A DNA stretch of 63,443 nucleotides, counting the filler, from Octopus bimaculoides (taxonomy: Eukaryota), in NCBI RefSeq assembly GCF_001194135.2. It is 6 parts of 6 records of this genome, joined end to end, with 100 filler letters (N's around TTAATTAATTAA, not from the genome) between each part and the next. Parts side by side here need not be neighbours in the genome. Positions count along the whole stretch, not along the records: positions 25,775 to 47,790 come from NC_068982.1; 5 more parts are not named here. One strand, given 5' to 3'. The notes beneath the pieces were generated by a model. It had not been told where the DNA came from, searched no databases, and saw only the letters and a program-made list of their open reading frames with translations. Made by a program: the position numbers and the translations under genes. Shown here in pieces: positions 27,901-39,197 of this stretch. Within the stretch, counting starts at the first letter, position 1. Every line of letters begins with the position of its first letter.

Positions 27901-28128
27901 TTGTTTTTTTTAATGATTTTTTTTAATGTTATATTATATTATATTCACAGTATATTATGTTATAATATAGCATAAATAAATTATTGGATTGTCGATTGAA
28001 TCTCTCTTATTTATTGTTTGCATNNNNNNNNNNNNNNNNNNNNNNNNNNNNNNNNNNNNNNNNNNNNNNNNNNNNNNNNNNNNNNNNNNNNNNNNNNNNN
28101 NNNNNNNNNNNNNNNNNNNNNNNNNNNN

Positions 28129-28188
<60 letters not shown>

Positions 28189-30015
28189 CCAACAACACCG
28201 CTTTACGGAAATGTGTCCCTGAAACGTTTAACCTCGCGTAGAATTCCGTAAAGCAAGACCTATTTTCCATTGACTTTTCATGTCATGAGTACAACGTTAA
28301 TGGGCAGAGAAACTAATGATAAATACGTTTCATGTTAAGGAATTCTAAGTAACAGTATAATTTTTCAAAGAGTCAATGCTTCCTTAATGTCTGCAAATGC
28401 TTATGAATAATGATTAATGTACAAGATCAATATCACTTGCTTATGACCCATTCAAAAATAATTGAGAATAATTGTAAAGACTATGACGTGAGCGATATTT
28501 GAAGATAGTCACATGCTTTTATTATTGTCTGTTATCTGAATGAAATACATCTGCTTATATTATTGTTATTTTTCCTTGTACTTCCAGTCATTTTTACATT
28601 GCTTTCTTTCACGACGTGTTTATTTAAAATTCAAACAAATTTTTCTTCCCTTTTTTTTATTTTCTCTATATTTTTTTTAAAATATATTTCCTAAGAAATA
28701 TATTATACTGAAATATTGTCTTATTGTATACTTGATTAAAAATGAAACAAATTTAGAGAAAATAGTTTTTTTTTTTTTAATAAATTAAAAGTGATTCATT
28801 CATATTGGTAACAGTAATTTTCAAACAGGTGGTTTTTTTAAAACTGGAATTTTTTTTTTCTTTTTCCATTAATAATTTAATCAAATATTCGATACATATG
28901 CTTATTTGTTGATATTAAATAATTTCTATTTCTTTTCATTTCCGAAGTATTTCACTAGACTATTTAGAGTAGATCTTATCGTGCGAATTGACAGATTGAA
29001 AAATTTTGATATTTCACTTTTTCTATTTCATTCTAGAAGGAGCTGGAAACTTCGAATTAAAAATATGTAAAATATAAAGACTTTAAAAAATTGTCTATTT
29101 TTGTATGATGTAAACATTGTTTTTATGTTACTTATTCATGTAAACAAATATAAGTATTTAAAATGGTTATCTGAATGGTTTACAAGAATTTATTGTTGTT
29201 GTCGTTGTTATTATTATTGGTATTGTCGTCATCATCATCATCATCATCATCATCATTATTATTATTGTTATTGTTGGGAACTGAGTGAAGTCATAGTATA
29301 ATACAACAATAAAAAAAAACGAGACAAAATATTGGAAAACGTCTCGTTCTTGCAACCTCTTCTAAATCTTGTTAAATAACAAACATTATAATAACTGGTG
29401 CGTTTACTGTTAATGCTTAACCAAGATTATCTTTGATTGTGCAAACCTTTGATTAAAGGCGTTCCTTCCTTGATCATATTCTTTCCCTTGAGAATACATC
29501 ATCCAACATGAAGACAGAAGAGAGCCCTTTAAATATAACTTCTGGCTATAGTGTAATAGTCACCAACCTTCGCAACTGACCATTTAAAAATCTCAAGGAA
29601 GATACCATATATATTCTATAAACAAACTAAACGAACCTCATAAAGACAACACTTTTAGAATCAGGCAATGAATTACTGGCGCCTGCTATCATAAAATAAA
29701 GAACATCGCTACCGCTAGAAGCATTCAGCTGTGGTTGAATTTATATACCAAGAACAAGCAGACCCATTTAACAAATAAACTGATATCAGTCGCAAAAGCT
29801 TAGTAATGATTGAGGCTTCTTAGACTCAACTAAGTGATGATAATTTATTTACAATTGTACTTTTTAAAAACACTCACTTGTCAATGAGTTCTGATTTCAC
29901 TCACAGTTTCATTTTATACAGATTTCAGTCACTGGACTGCGGTTATGCAAGAGTAACTTTTGAGCCGCCTAACTGGAAAATGTTGTCGTTTATCTTTTTT
30001 AACAGCATCAACAAT

Positions 30016-30109
30016 ATTTACATTATTTACATTTGACGGATATTTGTCCTCATCTTGTAAATAATGTAAATAATGTACATAATTACTCATCTCTTAAATA
30101 TAGAACTGT
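30016..30109. mobile_element. 94-bp insertion of the family D 3' tail with a 5' inversion and 12-bp TSD
   Basis: agcatcaacaat occurs at 30004-15 and 30110-21. Positions 30016-58 are the reverse complement of the tail at about 39160-39199, and the rest is forward. Confidence 0.8.
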
Positions 30110-30426
30110 AGCATCAACAATGTACCTTAAATGAAATAACTACGAAGTGGAATCGAAACCGAGTGGTGAATATCAACCTCTACGACCAAAGCATTCACTG
30201 CGTTACGAATGAAACAAACAAGCCTCTCGAAATATATGTTTAGAACAGCGTTTCTCGACCACGTTTTATCTACGATTCCTGTTTTACGTGGATTGTCATT
30301 TATGGCCGTTTGATGTTTCAAAAACACCTATCACGTTTTTGTAATTAAATATTATTAGGAATTGCATTTAAAAAATGTTAAAATATTTTTTGAATAGTAA
30401 ATGTATAACCAATTCATTACTCAAAA

Positions 30427-30620
30427 CTTTTACTCTTTTACTTGTTTCAGTCATTTGACTGCGGCCATGCTGGAGCAGCGCTTTAGTCGAGCAAATCGAC
30501 CCCATGACTTCTTTATAAGCCTAGTACTTATTCCATCGGTCTCTTTTGCCGAACCACTAAGTTACGGGGACGTAAACACACCACCATCGGTTGTCAAACG
30601 ATGTTGGGGGGACAAACACA

Positions 30621-30662
<42 letters not shown>

Positions 30663-30881
30663 NNNNNNNNNNNNNNNNNNNNNNNNNNNNATATATATAT
30701 CTATATATATATATATACGACGGGTTTCTTTCAGTTTCCGTCTACCAAATCCACTCACAAGGCTTTGGTCGGCCCGAAGCTATAGTAAAAGACACTTGCC
30801 CAAGGTGCCACGCAGTGGGAATGAACCCGGAACCATGTGGTTGGTAAGCAAGCTACTTACCACACAACCACTTCTGCGCCT
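30427..30881 (-). mobile_element. Full-length SINE family B (tRNA head, CORE-like ccttgggcaagtg block, internal (TA)n(TG)n, AAGAGTA tail)
   Basis: Minus strand reads ggcgcagaagtggttgtgtggtaagtagc...ccgggttcattccc...ggcaccttgggcaagtgtc, then the microsatellite and the common 3' half. Confidence 0.9.
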
Positions 30882-31229
30882 ATACTCAAAACTTTTTAAC
30901 AACAAAACCTTATATAGACCCCCAGAGCTTAAATGGACCCCTAAAGGTCAAATAGACATCTATTGAGAGTCACTGGTTTAGAGCTTTAGAAGTGTTATGG
31001 CGTCATAACTTCGCTTTCTTTCTATTTGATATTGTATCAATATGAATATGTATCGAAGTTGGAAACGGAAGTAAAAGATGGACAAAATCTTTGAAAGTGT
31101 TTAATTTAATGCGAAAAGTAAAGTGAAATGTCATCAACCAAAAATCTCACAAAACGCTTCTTGTTTGTTTTCGTTCTGACATTTACTTCTAGCTGGTCGG
31201 TTTTCGTAACAGTCCTTCTTCAATCTAAA

Positions 31230-31560
31230 TAAAGGAGCACTCCGTCGGTTACAACGACGAGGGTCCCGGCTGATACGATCAACAGAACAGCTTGCTCGTG
31301 AAATTAACGTGCAAGAGGTTGAGCACTCCACAGACACGTGTACCCCTAACGCAGTTCTCAAGGAGACTCAGCGTGACACAGAGTGCGACAAAGTTAGCTC
31401 TTTGAAATACAAGTACAACTAATTTTTGCCAGCTGAGTGGACTGGAGCAACGGGAAATAACGTGTCTTGATGAAGGACACAACGCGTCGCCGGGAATTGA
31501 ACTCACAACCTTACAATCATGAGTCCGAATGCCCCTAACCACTAAGCCACGCACCTTCAC
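31230..31560 (-). mobile_element. tRNA-derived SINE family C with a CORE-like segment
   Basis: Minus strand has A-box tggcttagtgg, B-box gagttcaattcc, then gtgtccttcatcaagacac...ttgctccagtccactcagctg. Confidence 0.8.
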
Positions 31561-32823
31561 AATCTAAATAAAAGTTCGCCAGCATAAAAAACTAAAAGCA
31601 AAATAAGAATACCAGTTTAATTGTAAACCTTAATACAATATTAAAACAAATAAAATTAAAATTCTCAAAAAAAACAAACTTATTGGAATGATTCTCGTTC
31701 AAAGAAATTATCGAAGTACTACCTATCTAAATTTATTTGTAACTCGAGACTGACCAAGTTGATAGATCCGAAGTACCACTGGTTCATATCTATCATGGAA
31801 TGGAACCATGTTCAAAATAACCTTTGATGTGTAGTCTACTGTCCATCTAACTGCAAATAGGTTCTTCACGGATAAATAAGATTATTTGATAATTTCGTTC
31901 TGAAAATATAATATAGCTCTAATTCTCTCATTGAATTACATGTGGATATATTTTTCAATCGGATACAATTAGACAAGGAGGGGATAGTATATTAATTGGC
32001 TTGAAATAGCATAAGTATACACAAATGGTGGGAACTCACGATCAAACGCCGGATTACCTAATTTGCCGAAACAATACGGTATTTTAAACACGTATTTGTG
32101 TTCATATCATGCGTAAGTTAACTTTGTTGTTTTTTTCATCCTTCTCGAGTCGATAAAATAAGTAGTTGTCCAAAACTAATTAAATAGACCTCCGTCTATA
32201 CAATTTATAACTTTATACCTATATCACGAACCAACAATGTCTATCTCAATGGTATTTGGGGCTTGAAGGAAAAGAGTAGCTACCAGGCAAGCTGAAATGG
32301 CAACGTAGTTTTAATGCCTTGGCAAAGTAATTTCACTAAGATTTTATTAGAAGAGCATAAAACTCCCATATCTCTGCCTCTATTTTCTTTGTCCTTTGCT
32401 CGGGTTTTATTTTCCCTCATTTCACCATTGCTCGTGAAGGATATTAATCAGGTTGATCTAATCTGTGTTGAACGGCCTACAAAAGCTATGACAGCGACCC
32501 CTGGAGGCCAACACAATAAAAACTTGTTTCGGTTTCAGGTGCAAATAGCTGGAACTTGTAGAGTAGAAAGTTTAAATGCATTTATTTAGTTCGCTTCTCT
32601 TAAGCTATGGAGTTCTTATATCGTCGAAGTGGACTTAACATTTCCTCCGCTTGATTTCTTAATATGCATCACGTATGTACTGAGATCAATTCATTCCGCT
32701 GTGTATTCATTTCCAAAAATAAATTTGTGGCTTTGCACCAATGTAAGAGATCAAACTTTACAGTGTTCTCTCGTATGTGTACCACCTCTCAATAATTGCT
32801 GTGGCAATTGCTGTTGTAAGGCA

Positions 32824-33217
32824 AGGCGGCGAATTGGCAGAAATGTTAGCACACAGAACCAAATGCTTAGCGGTATTTCGTCTGTCCTTTCGGAGTCGAT
32901 AAATTAAATATCAGTTGCGTACTGGGGTCGATCTAATCGACTGATCCCCTCCCCCAAAATATCGGGCCTTGTGCCTAGAGTAGAGAAGAATATTTGTTTC
33001 TTACAAGGCAGCGAGTTGGCAGAAACGTTAGCACGCGGGGCGAAATATTTAGCGGTGTTTCATCTGTCTTTATGTTCTGAGTTCAAATTCCGCGAGGTCG
33101 ACTTTGCCTTTCATCCTTTCGGAGTCGATGAATTAAAAATCAGTGGCATACTGGGGTCGATCTAATCGACTGGTCCCCTCTCCCAAAATTTCGGGCTTTG
33201 TGCCTAGAATAGAAAAT
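32824..33217 (+). mobile_element. Dimer of SINE family A inside one 18-bp TSD
   Basis: aattgctgttgtaaggca at 32806-23 and 33218-35. Copy 1 lacks the B-box segment and copy 2 is complete. Confidence 0.85.
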
Positions 33218-35141
33218 AATTGCTGTTGTAAGGCATCATTTTATTTTTCTTCTGTCTTCTAATTATGAATTGTATTTATTCTGTAAAGTATAGCGGAACA
33301 TGAAAAAAAAAAAAGAAATATGCAATTTTACATCAATCAAACTAATTAGGTTTTCAATAGCAGCTATATTCTACTTAATGTAAATAATTTGCTTAACACA
33401 AATTTTTGTATAATATAAAATCCCACTTTAAAACTCTTGTCTTTCTTAAGGACATAAAGCAGATAACTAAAGTGAAATCATTGCAGTTTAATTTCAAAAC
33501 ACTGAAGAATTCTTCATTTCGTTTTTTATGGCACCTTTATGTGAAAATATAATGGGTCGTTTTTGACGATTTGGGAAGGTTTGGGGTAAAAAGGAAAATG
33601 CTAACTTTCAAGTATTCAAAAAGCTTTACTAACATGAACTGTCTTTAGCAGAGATTGAAACCCGCTCATCACCTCCGTCTGACAGGAAAGTATAGCGGCT
33701 ATATTATACCGTTCTGACCAGACGAAAGCAATGTTTTTAGCTTGGTAAACGTAGTCTTATGGATTTCACTCTTCTCCCAAAACCAACAACGATACAAACG
33801 AAGAGAATGAATTCTTTGGAGATTGAAACCGCGTCTTGACTCGGTTTACCAGCAGTTTACTTTCTCATATGAGTTTCGTACTGTTAAAAATATCGATTTA
33901 AGAACAGTTTCTTTTCCAGTCTTTTCCCCTTCGTCTGCATGACAAATTGGCACTAATTTAAGAGGGGATAAGATCTTTATTTATCCAATATTGACGTATA
34001 CTGATTAGGATGCAGACTTACAATTTGCTTCCTTGAAACTTTATATTATTCTGTCATTAATGGCAGCAATAATCAGTGTCTAAATTCTTTCAAAATCCAG
34101 ATCAAAATACGTCAGATTTTTTTACTTTTGCTGTTGTACTTTGAAATCGCAAATAAGCTTTTAATGGTTCTTCTAACCAAGTATAAATTTGTTTTCTACT
34201 TTGGAGAAAATTATGTGCGCAGGTATAGGTGTGTGTGTGTGTGTGTGTGTGTTATGTGAGTATATAATTAGAGTTATTATCAGCATGTGAATAACTGTAC
34301 CAAACAGCTATCATCCACTCTGCAGTGTCTCCATGGCAAGTATAACCATTTCTGTCGAAACGACTGGAAACAACTAATGTTCAATATGGAAATAGAGAAG
34401 CGATTCAGACATCGGGAGCGTTCAATGACTAACAAGTGTTTCGTCAGCGTGCTAGTCTGATTTCAAATCCTCCTATGAGTTTTCTTTGGATCCTAAAAAA
34501 AAAGTAGAATCATGTGATCGATTTCAATTCGATAAATCACTTCTGTATTATAAAGAGGTAAACAAAAGTAGAAAGAAAGAAAGAAAAGAAAGAAGGAACG
34601 GGAGGTGGGAGGTTTTCATATGGAGATTAGTTTTTACAGGTGTTGCGAAATTTTTATCTTTTACATGCGGCCATGCTGGAGCACCGCCTTCAAGACTTTT
34701 GGTCGAAGAAATCAACCCCGCTACTTGCTATCTTTTAAGTCCGGTACTTAATCTACGAGTACTTACCCAACTTGTAGTTGGCGTGTTGTGTATTGTGATT
34801 GTTAATGCATTTCTCCGAGATTCATCGATTGACAACATTTAATCCAAGAGAAAGAAGAAAACAAGGGCAGGAGATAGATTGGCGTGAACTATTTTGGAGA
34901 AATATTAAGAGAAACATGCTTTACAGAGTAATAAAATTTGTAATTCAAGTCAGACCCGTTTCGTCGCGAAATTAAACCTGACCAAATAGGCTATGATTCA
35001 AAGGATTCCAACAATGATCATACTGTCCTTTTTTCTTTTCAGACAGTGTTTCTAGGACTATACATTAAGTAACGTGTCTTTCCCTGTTTAAAGACAATAG
35101 AGTGTGACATGTAGAAGATTTGGCTACGGTAAAAGGAACAG

Positions 35142-35193
<52 letters not shown>

Positions 35194-35446
35194 GTTTTCA
35201 ATCCATTTTTATGGTATTCCGTTCTTAACATTCAACCGAAAGAAGCTTGAAACGTATCCATGTTTAATGCTGTGACATTTCATATCATATATAGAAGCGA
35301 CGTCTGTGTATAACGTCATTTCCAATCCCAAACGTAATCATCAATGACATATTTTATGTAATGTTCTAACGACACGGATTCCAAGAATTTGAATACCAAG
35401 TAAACACTCATTATTTCATCAGAACGACACGTTAAATATAGGTTTC

Positions 35447-35888
35447 AAAGTTTGGCACAAAGCTAGAAATTTCTTGGGAAGGGGTAAGTCGATTTCATGG
35501 ATTCCAGCTCTCAAATGGTACTTATTTTATCGACCCCCAAAAGGATCAAATATAAAATCGACCTCGACGGAGTTTGAATTCAGAAGCTAAAGACGAATGA
35601 AATGCCGCTAAGCATTTTACCCAGCCTGCCAATGACTCAGCCAGCTCGTAAGCCTTGCAGTCATGCTAATATTGGTTTCAGATTTTGCCACAGGGCCAGT
35701 AATTCCTGGGGAGGGAATACGCCAATTACACTGACCCCAGTCCTCAAATGGTACTTATTTTTATCGAGTCTGAAAAAATGAAAAGCAAAGTCGACGTCAG
35801 CGGAATTTGAACTCGGAACTTAAAGGCAGACGAAATACACTAAGAACTTTGCCTGGCGTGCTAAAGATTCTGTGAGCTCGCTGCCTTA
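35447..35888 (-). mobile_element. Two tandem SINE family A copies
   Basis: Two ...atcgacccc...ggaatttgaactc units in the same orientation. Confidence 0.8.
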
Positions 35889-36599
35889 TGGATGATTAAG
35901 AAGTAGATCATTATTAGCTAGCAAGATACGAAAAATTAAAAGGCATATAACAATCTCCTTGATATTTAATTAAACTATTATTGGCCTGCAGGCAAATACA
36001 CAAACAGTACTGAAGCTGAAACATCAAAGAACTTTTCAAAATTAGTTTGTGTGTATGAGAAAGTTTTGAGCACAAGAAAAGTAGACAGCAAACATCAGAA
36101 ATGATACATTTCTTCCTATTTCCAAATGCTTACTGTGTACAGAATAAACATACGACCTAAACATCATCTGTGTGTGTGCACATATGTATGAATTATATAC
36201 ATACATATATATATATATATATANNNNNNNNNNNNNNNNNNNNNNNNNNNNNNNNNNNNNNNNNNNNNNNNNNNNNNNNNNNNNNNNNNNNNNNNNNNNN
36301 NNNNNNNNNNNNNNNNNNNNNNNNNNNNNNNNNNNNNNNNNNNNNNNNNNNNNNNNNNNNNNNNNNNNNNNNNNNNNNNNNNNNNNNNNNNNNNNNNNNN
36401 NNNNNNNNNNNNNNNNNNNNNNNNNNNNNNNNATATATCGGCCTGCCCTACTCGGCAGCGGAGTGACAATATTCGGAAACTAAAACAGTGCGAAGTGCAT
36501 GGTGATGCGAAGTGCATTGTGATGCGAAGTGCATTGTATGACAACTTTCGATAGTCTGGTCCATATGATAATTGATGATAGCCGTCCCATCAACACACA

Positions 36600-36885
36600 C
36601 ACCACACCCCATTACATAGCACAATCCCTCCGCTGATGACCCCCTCAGATGACTTTTAAGACCAGCTGCTGACTGACAGGGTTTGAAACACAAGTGACAA
36701 ATATTCTTCAAGTTTCTTCTAAATTCTTGCCCTTTGGAATCTGATTCTGAAGGAATGTTTTTATGAACTAGCATATGTCTTTTAAGTCCAGATATTGTCT
36801 TATAAGTTTTGCGACACAAGTCGTAAGAGATGCATAGAGTTCAAGATTATTACCAACCTGGGCATTTCGATTTTCATGTGACTTC
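36600..36885 (-). pseudogene. Two C2H2-like fingers, probably the C-terminus of an RTE-type LINE ORF
   Basis: DLCRKTYKTISGLKRHMLVH and CHLCFKPCQSAAGLKSHLR. There is no TGEKP linker, the first Cys of finger 1 is lost, and there is a frameshift upstream. Confidence 0.55.
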
Positions 36886-36892
36886 ATACGTG

Positions 36893-37350
36893 ACCAGTAA
36901 ATTCCACTACGGTAAATTCCACTCGGAAAATAGCGGTCTATAGCAAATTAATTACACACACCCTTGTTACACACTTCTTAACTAATTAGTCGTTAGTTAA
37001 AGTATAGGTTTATGCCATTATTACTCATTTTTTAACTGAATTTTACTGTACTGATAATTTTTTTCTGTTCAATTTAACTTTGAACTTTGAAACCCTCAAC
37101 CATGGCAACATTTGTAACTTCAGAGAAGAACATATGTAAGCTTTGCGATGAAGAGAATCATTTATATGAAAAGAATAGAGTTAACAGTAGCAAAACAAAA
37201 TTATATTGGCGTTGTGAATGGTTTTATAAAGGATGCCGGACTAGACTACATACAACTTTCAATTCCAGTGTACCGGAAGTTATTTTTTGGTCCTTAGTAA
37301 TAGAACTAACGTTTCTATACATCAACAGCTTACTCAACACCTTGGAGTGA
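36893..37350 (+). mobile_element. 5' remnant of a MULE-like transposon with a FLYWCH-type domain
   Basis: Repeated gtaaattccact motif at the left end. ACCATGG start at 37102 gives MATFVTSEK...HLYEKNR...KLYWRCEWFYKGCRTRLHT, truncated next to the maT element. Confidence 0.6.
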
Positions 37351-37373
37351 AGAGTTTGTAATTTTTGAAGTTA

Positions 37374-38284
37374 GAAGGTGTTCGGGCTCTATTTGAAGAT
37401 TTTTTTTTGTCTCTTTTTTTTTCAGAAACAGCTTGATTTTTGTGGAACAGTCAACGGCGTTGGAGAACATAAAAATTAAAGTTGTAGTTGAGAAAAATTC
37501 AGCCGACATTGAGAGCCGGAAGACACCTGAATATTCAAAAAAGAGTTAACTGTATCACGATGATTCGCGCCTGGTGTCAAAATGTCGACATCATTACCGC
37601 AGCTCAATACACAGTGAACACCGTAAAGGGTTTAAGCGCTGACCTGGACAGCTGCAAAGGAGGCTACGAAGCTGTGGCCAGCAGGAAAGGACACAGCAAA
37701 CGTTCTGACCCTGCCTACATGCCGCAGTTCATCTAACAATTGATGAACAGGGCCTTAGGTTCAATATAAATGGTTATGTAAAACTGCTAGAGATGGTGGT
37801 CAATCATTGGCTAGAGAGGGTTGCTGCTGGAAGGGCATATGTTTGCTAGTAGGATTCGGATCCTTGCCATACCTCCGAAAAGAGTCAGAAATGGTTGTCA
37901 GAGAATTTCTACGACTTCAGCAGCCTCAGTTCCTCTGGCCTCCTAATTCACCTGAATGTAATATCATCGATAATTATGTGCGGGACGCGGTTGAGAAAGA
38001 CACTAATTGCTCTGCCTGCAACACCAAGGCCGAGTTGGTGGCCAAAATCAAGGAGGTGTTCGAAGATATTGCCAGGAACACAGTGATTAACTCGTGCACT
38101 AAGTTCCGGAGCCGTGTTGAGGCCGTGGAAGAAATCGAGAGCGGCTACTTTGAGTAAACTGTTATCAGCCAGCCAGAATCTAGTTGGTAATGCTGGATTT
38201 TTTTAAATGATTTTATTTTGGGATGGGATATTGTGTTTGCTTTTCATTCTATGCAAACTTTCAAATTTAGCCCGAACACCCTTG
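37374..38284 (+). mobile_element. Internally deleted maT (DD37D, Tc1/mariner superfamily) transposon
   Basis: TIRs aaggtgttcgggctctatttgaa and ttcaaatttagcccgaacaccctt. The protein reads DSDPCHTSEKSQKWLSENFYDF, then after a frameshift WPPNSPECNIIDNY...FRSRVEAVEEIESGYFE*. Reconstruction gives 37 residues between the second and third Asp, with in-frame stops. Confidence 0.9.
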
Positions 38285-38379
38285 CAAGATGTGTTTCATC
38301 GAGGGAACAGGAAAGCTGCATTTGGAGTCATCAAAGTTGGGTTTGATAGATGCCTCGGGAAGCTGTTCCTCAACGAGAT

Positions 38380-38491
38380 GGGTGAGGTGGGTGAGGTGGG
38401 TGAGGTGGGTGAGGTGGGTGAGGTGGGTGAGGTGGGTGAGGTGGGTGAGGTGGGTGAGGTGGGTGAGGTGGGTGAGGTGGGTGAGGTGGGT
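38380..38491 (+). repeat. (GGGTGAGGT)12 minisatellite
   Basis: Perfect 9-bp tandem repeat. Confidence 0.95.
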
Positions 38492-38504
38492 GGCTATCTT
38501 TTAA

Positions 38505-38920
38505 TCTTTTACTTGTTTCAGTCATTGGTCTGCGGCCAGGCGGGGGCACCGCCTTCAAGGATTTTACTCGAACGAATTGGCTTCAGTACTTAATATTCCT
38601 TTTTTTCTTATTTCGTATATTCTGGTACTTACTCCATCGGTCTCGTTTGCTAGACCGACTGCTAAGTTACGGGAAAAGCAAACACTTCAACACCAGTTGT
38701 CAAGCGGTGGCGGCAAACAAACACAGACACAAAGCCGCACGCGCGCGCGCACGCACACACACACATATAGAAGCTTCTATCAGGTTTTGTCTACCAAATC
38801 CACTGACAAAGCTTTGGTCAGCCCAGGGGCTATAGTAGAAGACACTTACCCTAGATGCCACGCAGCGGAACTGAACCTGAAACCATGTGACTGAGAAGTA
38901 AAGTTCTTACCACATAGCCA
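38505..38920 (-). mobile_element. Full-length SINE family B
   Basis: Both halves are present around an internal (GC)/(CA) microsatellite. Confidence 0.85.
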
Positions 38921-38950
38921 TTGATTTGGTTTATTAATTATATTTCACTT

Positions 38951-39197
38951 ACAGTCCTGCGCATATGGCGTAGTGGTTAAGAGCACGGGCTACTAACTCC
39001 AAGATTCCAAGTTCGATTCCAGGCGGTGACCTGAATAATAATAATAATAACAACAACATCGAAAAATACCTTAGGAATGAGAACCCAGGTTCGAAATTTC
39101 CCCAAGACACATGATGAAGGCTGGAGGGTATATTAGCCGAAACGTTGAGTTAACAACAAACAAGATGAGGACAAATATCCATCAAATGTAAATAATG
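38951..39197 (+). mobile_element. tRNA-headed SINE family D carrying a hammerhead motif, with a 12-bp TSD
   Basis: A-box tggcgtagtgg 38966-76; B-box gttcgattcc 39011-20; TSD tatatttcactt at 38939-50 and 39198-209. Confidence 0.85.
39106..39151 (+). ncRNA. Minimal PLE-type hammerhead within SINE D (C3A mutated)
   Basis: gacac [A]TGATGA a ggctg gagggtatat tagcc GAAA cg TT gagtt; stem III palindrome ACGT. Confidence 0.65.

Larger units (their letters stand above)
27158..27970. mobile_element. Inverted-repeat element (arms about 27158-27338 and 27792-27970), with a hammerhead in each arm
   Basis: The arms align in reverse complement at about 85% by eye (aaaatagccaacaatctgtttcgactta vs taagtcgaaacaaattgttggctatttt). 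Confidence 0.85.

Noticed and set aside
34320-34440. Possible plus-strand exon CLHGKYNHFCRNDWKQLMFNMEIEKRFRHRE
   Set aside because: No recognisable family, a weak donor site and no partner exons.
38959-39030. tRNA gene
   Set aside because: It has A and B boxes but no acceptor stem closure, and it continues into a repeat body, so it is a SINE head.
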